Of a stretch of DNA of 44,344 nucleotides, positions 41,911 through 44,344 are shown in pieces. Both the position numbers and the translations under genes were made by a program. Source of the DNA: Fonticula-like sp. SCN 57-25 (taxonomy: Eukaryota); the NCBI GenBank assembly GCA_001724245.1, contig MEDX01000680.1:1-44344 (forward strand), written 5' to 3'. The notes under the pieces were generated by a model that was given only the letters and a program-made list of their open reading frames with translations, was not told the origin of the DNA and ran no database searches. Position 1 is the stretch's first letter, and each line of letters begins with the position of its first letter.

Positions 41911-44132
41911 TCACTTTGCCGTCTTGAACGCCTGCTGCGCCTCCTTCACCGCCGCCACGGCATACTTTGCCGACACTGTCAAGCACAGCCACGTCTCCTT
42001 TGTCGCAATCGACACCTCAAAAAACGCCTTGAACACAATCGCGCGCCTATCCTCTGGCACCGCCCCGTCGTCCCCGCCATTCGGCACGAGCTGCCCGTCC
42101 TGCTGCACGCTCACACCCGCCTGCACGACATCCATCGGCTGCAGGTAGTGCTTCCGCGACCGCTCCTTGGGCATGCTCAGCCGCTCGCCGTTCACAAACG
42201 TCGACGACGACGACCCAATGTCCATCACGTAATAGCCCGCTTCGTCCTTGCCAAACTCGCAGTGCGCGCGCGAAAGTACTTTGCAGTCAAAGTAGAGCGC
42301 GTTGGTGGCGTCGGGCGAGGACGGCGAGGCAGAGACGAGCGGGCTGTCGGCCGTTCCGCGGCCAATTGTGACGGGGACATTGCCGCCGACGTCCACGGTG
42401 AGGTCGCTGTTGTCTTGCGAAAAGTAAAAGTAGATCGTCGGGTTGGGGTTGAAAGCGCGAAGATCGCCGGCGGGCGCGACAAGTGTGGCGAAATTGGCGT
42501 CTGTTTCGGCGTCGGCGACACCCAAAATGTCGTCAATATCAATAGGAGCCGATGTCGAAACTGATGCTGCGGATGACGCCGCTGATGTCGCAGTGGGCTT
42601 GAGCGTGTGCTTTACAAAGGTGTCGCTCGCTGATTCGGCGAGATCATCATCGGACGATTTTGATTGGCTGGGATCGGCGGAGGAGCGCGCTGATTGGATG
42701 GTGCCGGTGCCTTCGGCGGGGCGGACGCTGTCGTAGCGGACGGCGGTAGAGTCAGAGTAGCGCACGGCAGTCGAGTCAGAGTAGCGGACGGCGGTCGTGT
42801 CAGAGTAGCGCGCTTCGCCTTCGGGCGTCGAAGTGTCGTCATTTGTTTCGTACGTCTAAATATGCGTGGTAAGAAAGTGGTGATTGGTAGATGGAAAATA
42901 TTTGAATAATCAATCAACCACAATCAGAACAGACAAAGACGGAATATTGAAACTGCACTGAAACACAAATTGCTCAATTGAAAACACACAATACACCATT
43001 CAATACACACGCAATTCATTCAATACATCTTTCATTTAACACACAAATACGCATGTGTCCATATAAACACATGTTCAATGACACTCACTGACCCATACTG
43101 ACCAAATTTCCTGCCCATTTCCAGTCGACGTACGTCTCCGTCGTGCTCGAGGGCGCCCGCCTCGATGCGGTCAACCATCTCGTCGAGCACCTGCCGCAGC
43201 CCCGACGCGGGCGCGCCCTGAATAAACTTGCTGTCGAGCATCTCCTCGGCCGTCTTTCTATAGTCTGGGTCCTTGACGAGCATGGCGTCCAGAAAAGCGA
43301 TAAACTCTTGCGAGTACTTTTCCTCGTCGGGCAGCCTCGGCGGCGGCTTATTCGGAATCATCATCATTGCGAGCATCGGGCGGTACGAGTGGAACGGCGG
43401 CTTGCCGTCGGCGAGCTCGATGCAGGTGATGCCGAGCGACCACACGTCGGCCTTGCCGTCGTAGCCAGACTCGACAACGACTTCGGGCGCCATCCAGTAC
43501 GGCGTGCCGGTGAGCGTGCGGCGCTTCATCGTGTTGTCGCTGAGCTGACCGGCGACGCCAAAGTCGGCGAGCTTGGCGCGGCCGTCGGGGCCGAGCAGGA
43601 TGTTGCCGGCCTTGACATCGCGGTGGATCTTTCGATGCGTGTGGAGGTACGAGAGACCGGCAAGCACGTCGCGGCAGATCGCGGCGATTTGGGGCTCGGT
43701 AAAGGTCTTGCGCGTGATGCGCAGGTAGTCGGCAAGAGAGCCACCGGGGCAGTACTCGAGGATGATCTGTTGCGCAGTGGCATGAGCGGCGCGAGCACGA
43801 GACATGGACCGGCGTACCCATAGATGCTCGTTCTTCAAATAGGTACCATACTGGCTGATAATATAGGGAGACTGGATGTCCCGCATCACTTGAACCTCCT
43901 TCATCATTGTCTCAATCGTGGTGCGCTGCTCGCACGGGATCAGCCTACGACATCATAACACGCGGTCAGTCAACAGTGGCACGCAAAGGTGATCAGCGGC
44001 GCACTTGACGGCAAAGAGATCGCCAGAGCGCTTGTGCCGCGCTTTCACCACAGAGCCATATGAGCCTTCGCCGAGCTTGTTGAGCAGCTCGAGAACCTCG
44101 ATCGGATCGCGCGAGAGATCGTCCGTGTCCAT
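41911..44132 (-). CDS. STE20 GCK-II (Hippo/MST1/2-like) kinase fused to a C-terminal SLMAP/Vps64-like FHA domain
   Basis: Kinase motifs KLGEGSYGSV, FAVK, HRDVKAGNILL, ADFGVAGQLSD, GTPYWMAPEV, PNKPPP. Introns 43945-44004, 43767-43817 and a phase-0 intron 42856-43133 (GAC|GTACGT...TTTAG|ACG) that is in frame with the FHA ORF (IGRG, YFDCKVLSRAH, MDIGSSSSTFVNGERLS). A further upstream exon cannot be excluded. Confidence 0.8.
42733..42810 (-). repeat. Coding 24-bp tandem repeat x3.25 encoding RYSD(S/T)TAV in the kinase-FHA linker
   Basis: Units at 42733-42756, 42757-42780, 42781-42804 plus a partial unit; differences are almost all synonymous in the RYSDxTAV frame. Confidence 0.93.
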
Positions 44133-44344
44133 CGCGTCGGGGCACACGCACGTTTCAGCGGCGATTTGTTTGCAGATCACGCGAATCCGGGGTTGATTCA
44201 TGCCTTCTAGGAATTTGGTGACTGTGTATTGCAAGAGGCTGCAATCACGGTGCGCTCACCTATGATCATCCGGCCACGTGGTTCAATTTCCAAAGTGAAC
44301 TGATCAGATCGAGTCAGTTTGTACCCGGCGACGAGCGGATGTCG

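Noticed and set aside
42612-42923. Alternative reading of the 24-bp repeat as ATLTRPPS in a 103-aa ORF
   Set aside because: Repeat variation is largely synonymous only in the RYSDxTAV frame, which is also the frame continuous with the FHA domain.
43032-43133. Kinase C-terminus VRRLEMGRKFGQ...LCVK from the ORF track
   Set aside because: It begins at a consensus GTACGT donor and runs into AT-rich sequence, so it is treated as intron; a retained-intron short isoform is not excluded.
1-44344. tRNA, rRNA or other structured ncRNA genes
   Set aside because: None recognised by eye; a covariance-model search (tRNAscan-SE, Infernal/Rfam) would be needed to exclude snoRNAs in the intergenic gaps or the 278-nt intron.

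Overview
Compact, GC-rich eukaryotic genomic DNA with short spliceosomal introns (mostly 44-73 nt, GTRCGY donors, CTRAY branch points). The gene set suggests a unicellular opisthokont; this is inference. The left ~23 kb is accessory: a ~4.05 kb TIR-bounded Sola-like DNA transposon, a possible decayed Tc1 remnant, two intronless bacterial-style enzymes (Zn-dependent MDR dehydrogenase, alpha/beta hydrolase) and two tandem paralogous giant receptor pseudokinases. Each receptor reads signal peptide - DNRLRE/CBM96-like domain - EGF - 21 HormR-like Cys repeats - 2 FN3 - TM - dead kinase. The right ~21 kb is dense and mostly housekeeping: BIO3-BIO1 fusion, rhodanese-persulfide dioxygenase fusion next to cystathionine beta-synthase, SDE2, importin alpha, DONSON, LSM6, a small N-acylated orphan, NDUFA4/B12D, SLX1 and NOP2. 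The last gene appears to splice a Hippo/MST-type kinase in frame to an SLMAP-type FHA domain through a Thr-repeat linker. That fusion and the receptor pseudokinase pair are the most novel-looking systems. All gene models were spliced by eye and family assignments come from recalled motifs, not searches.
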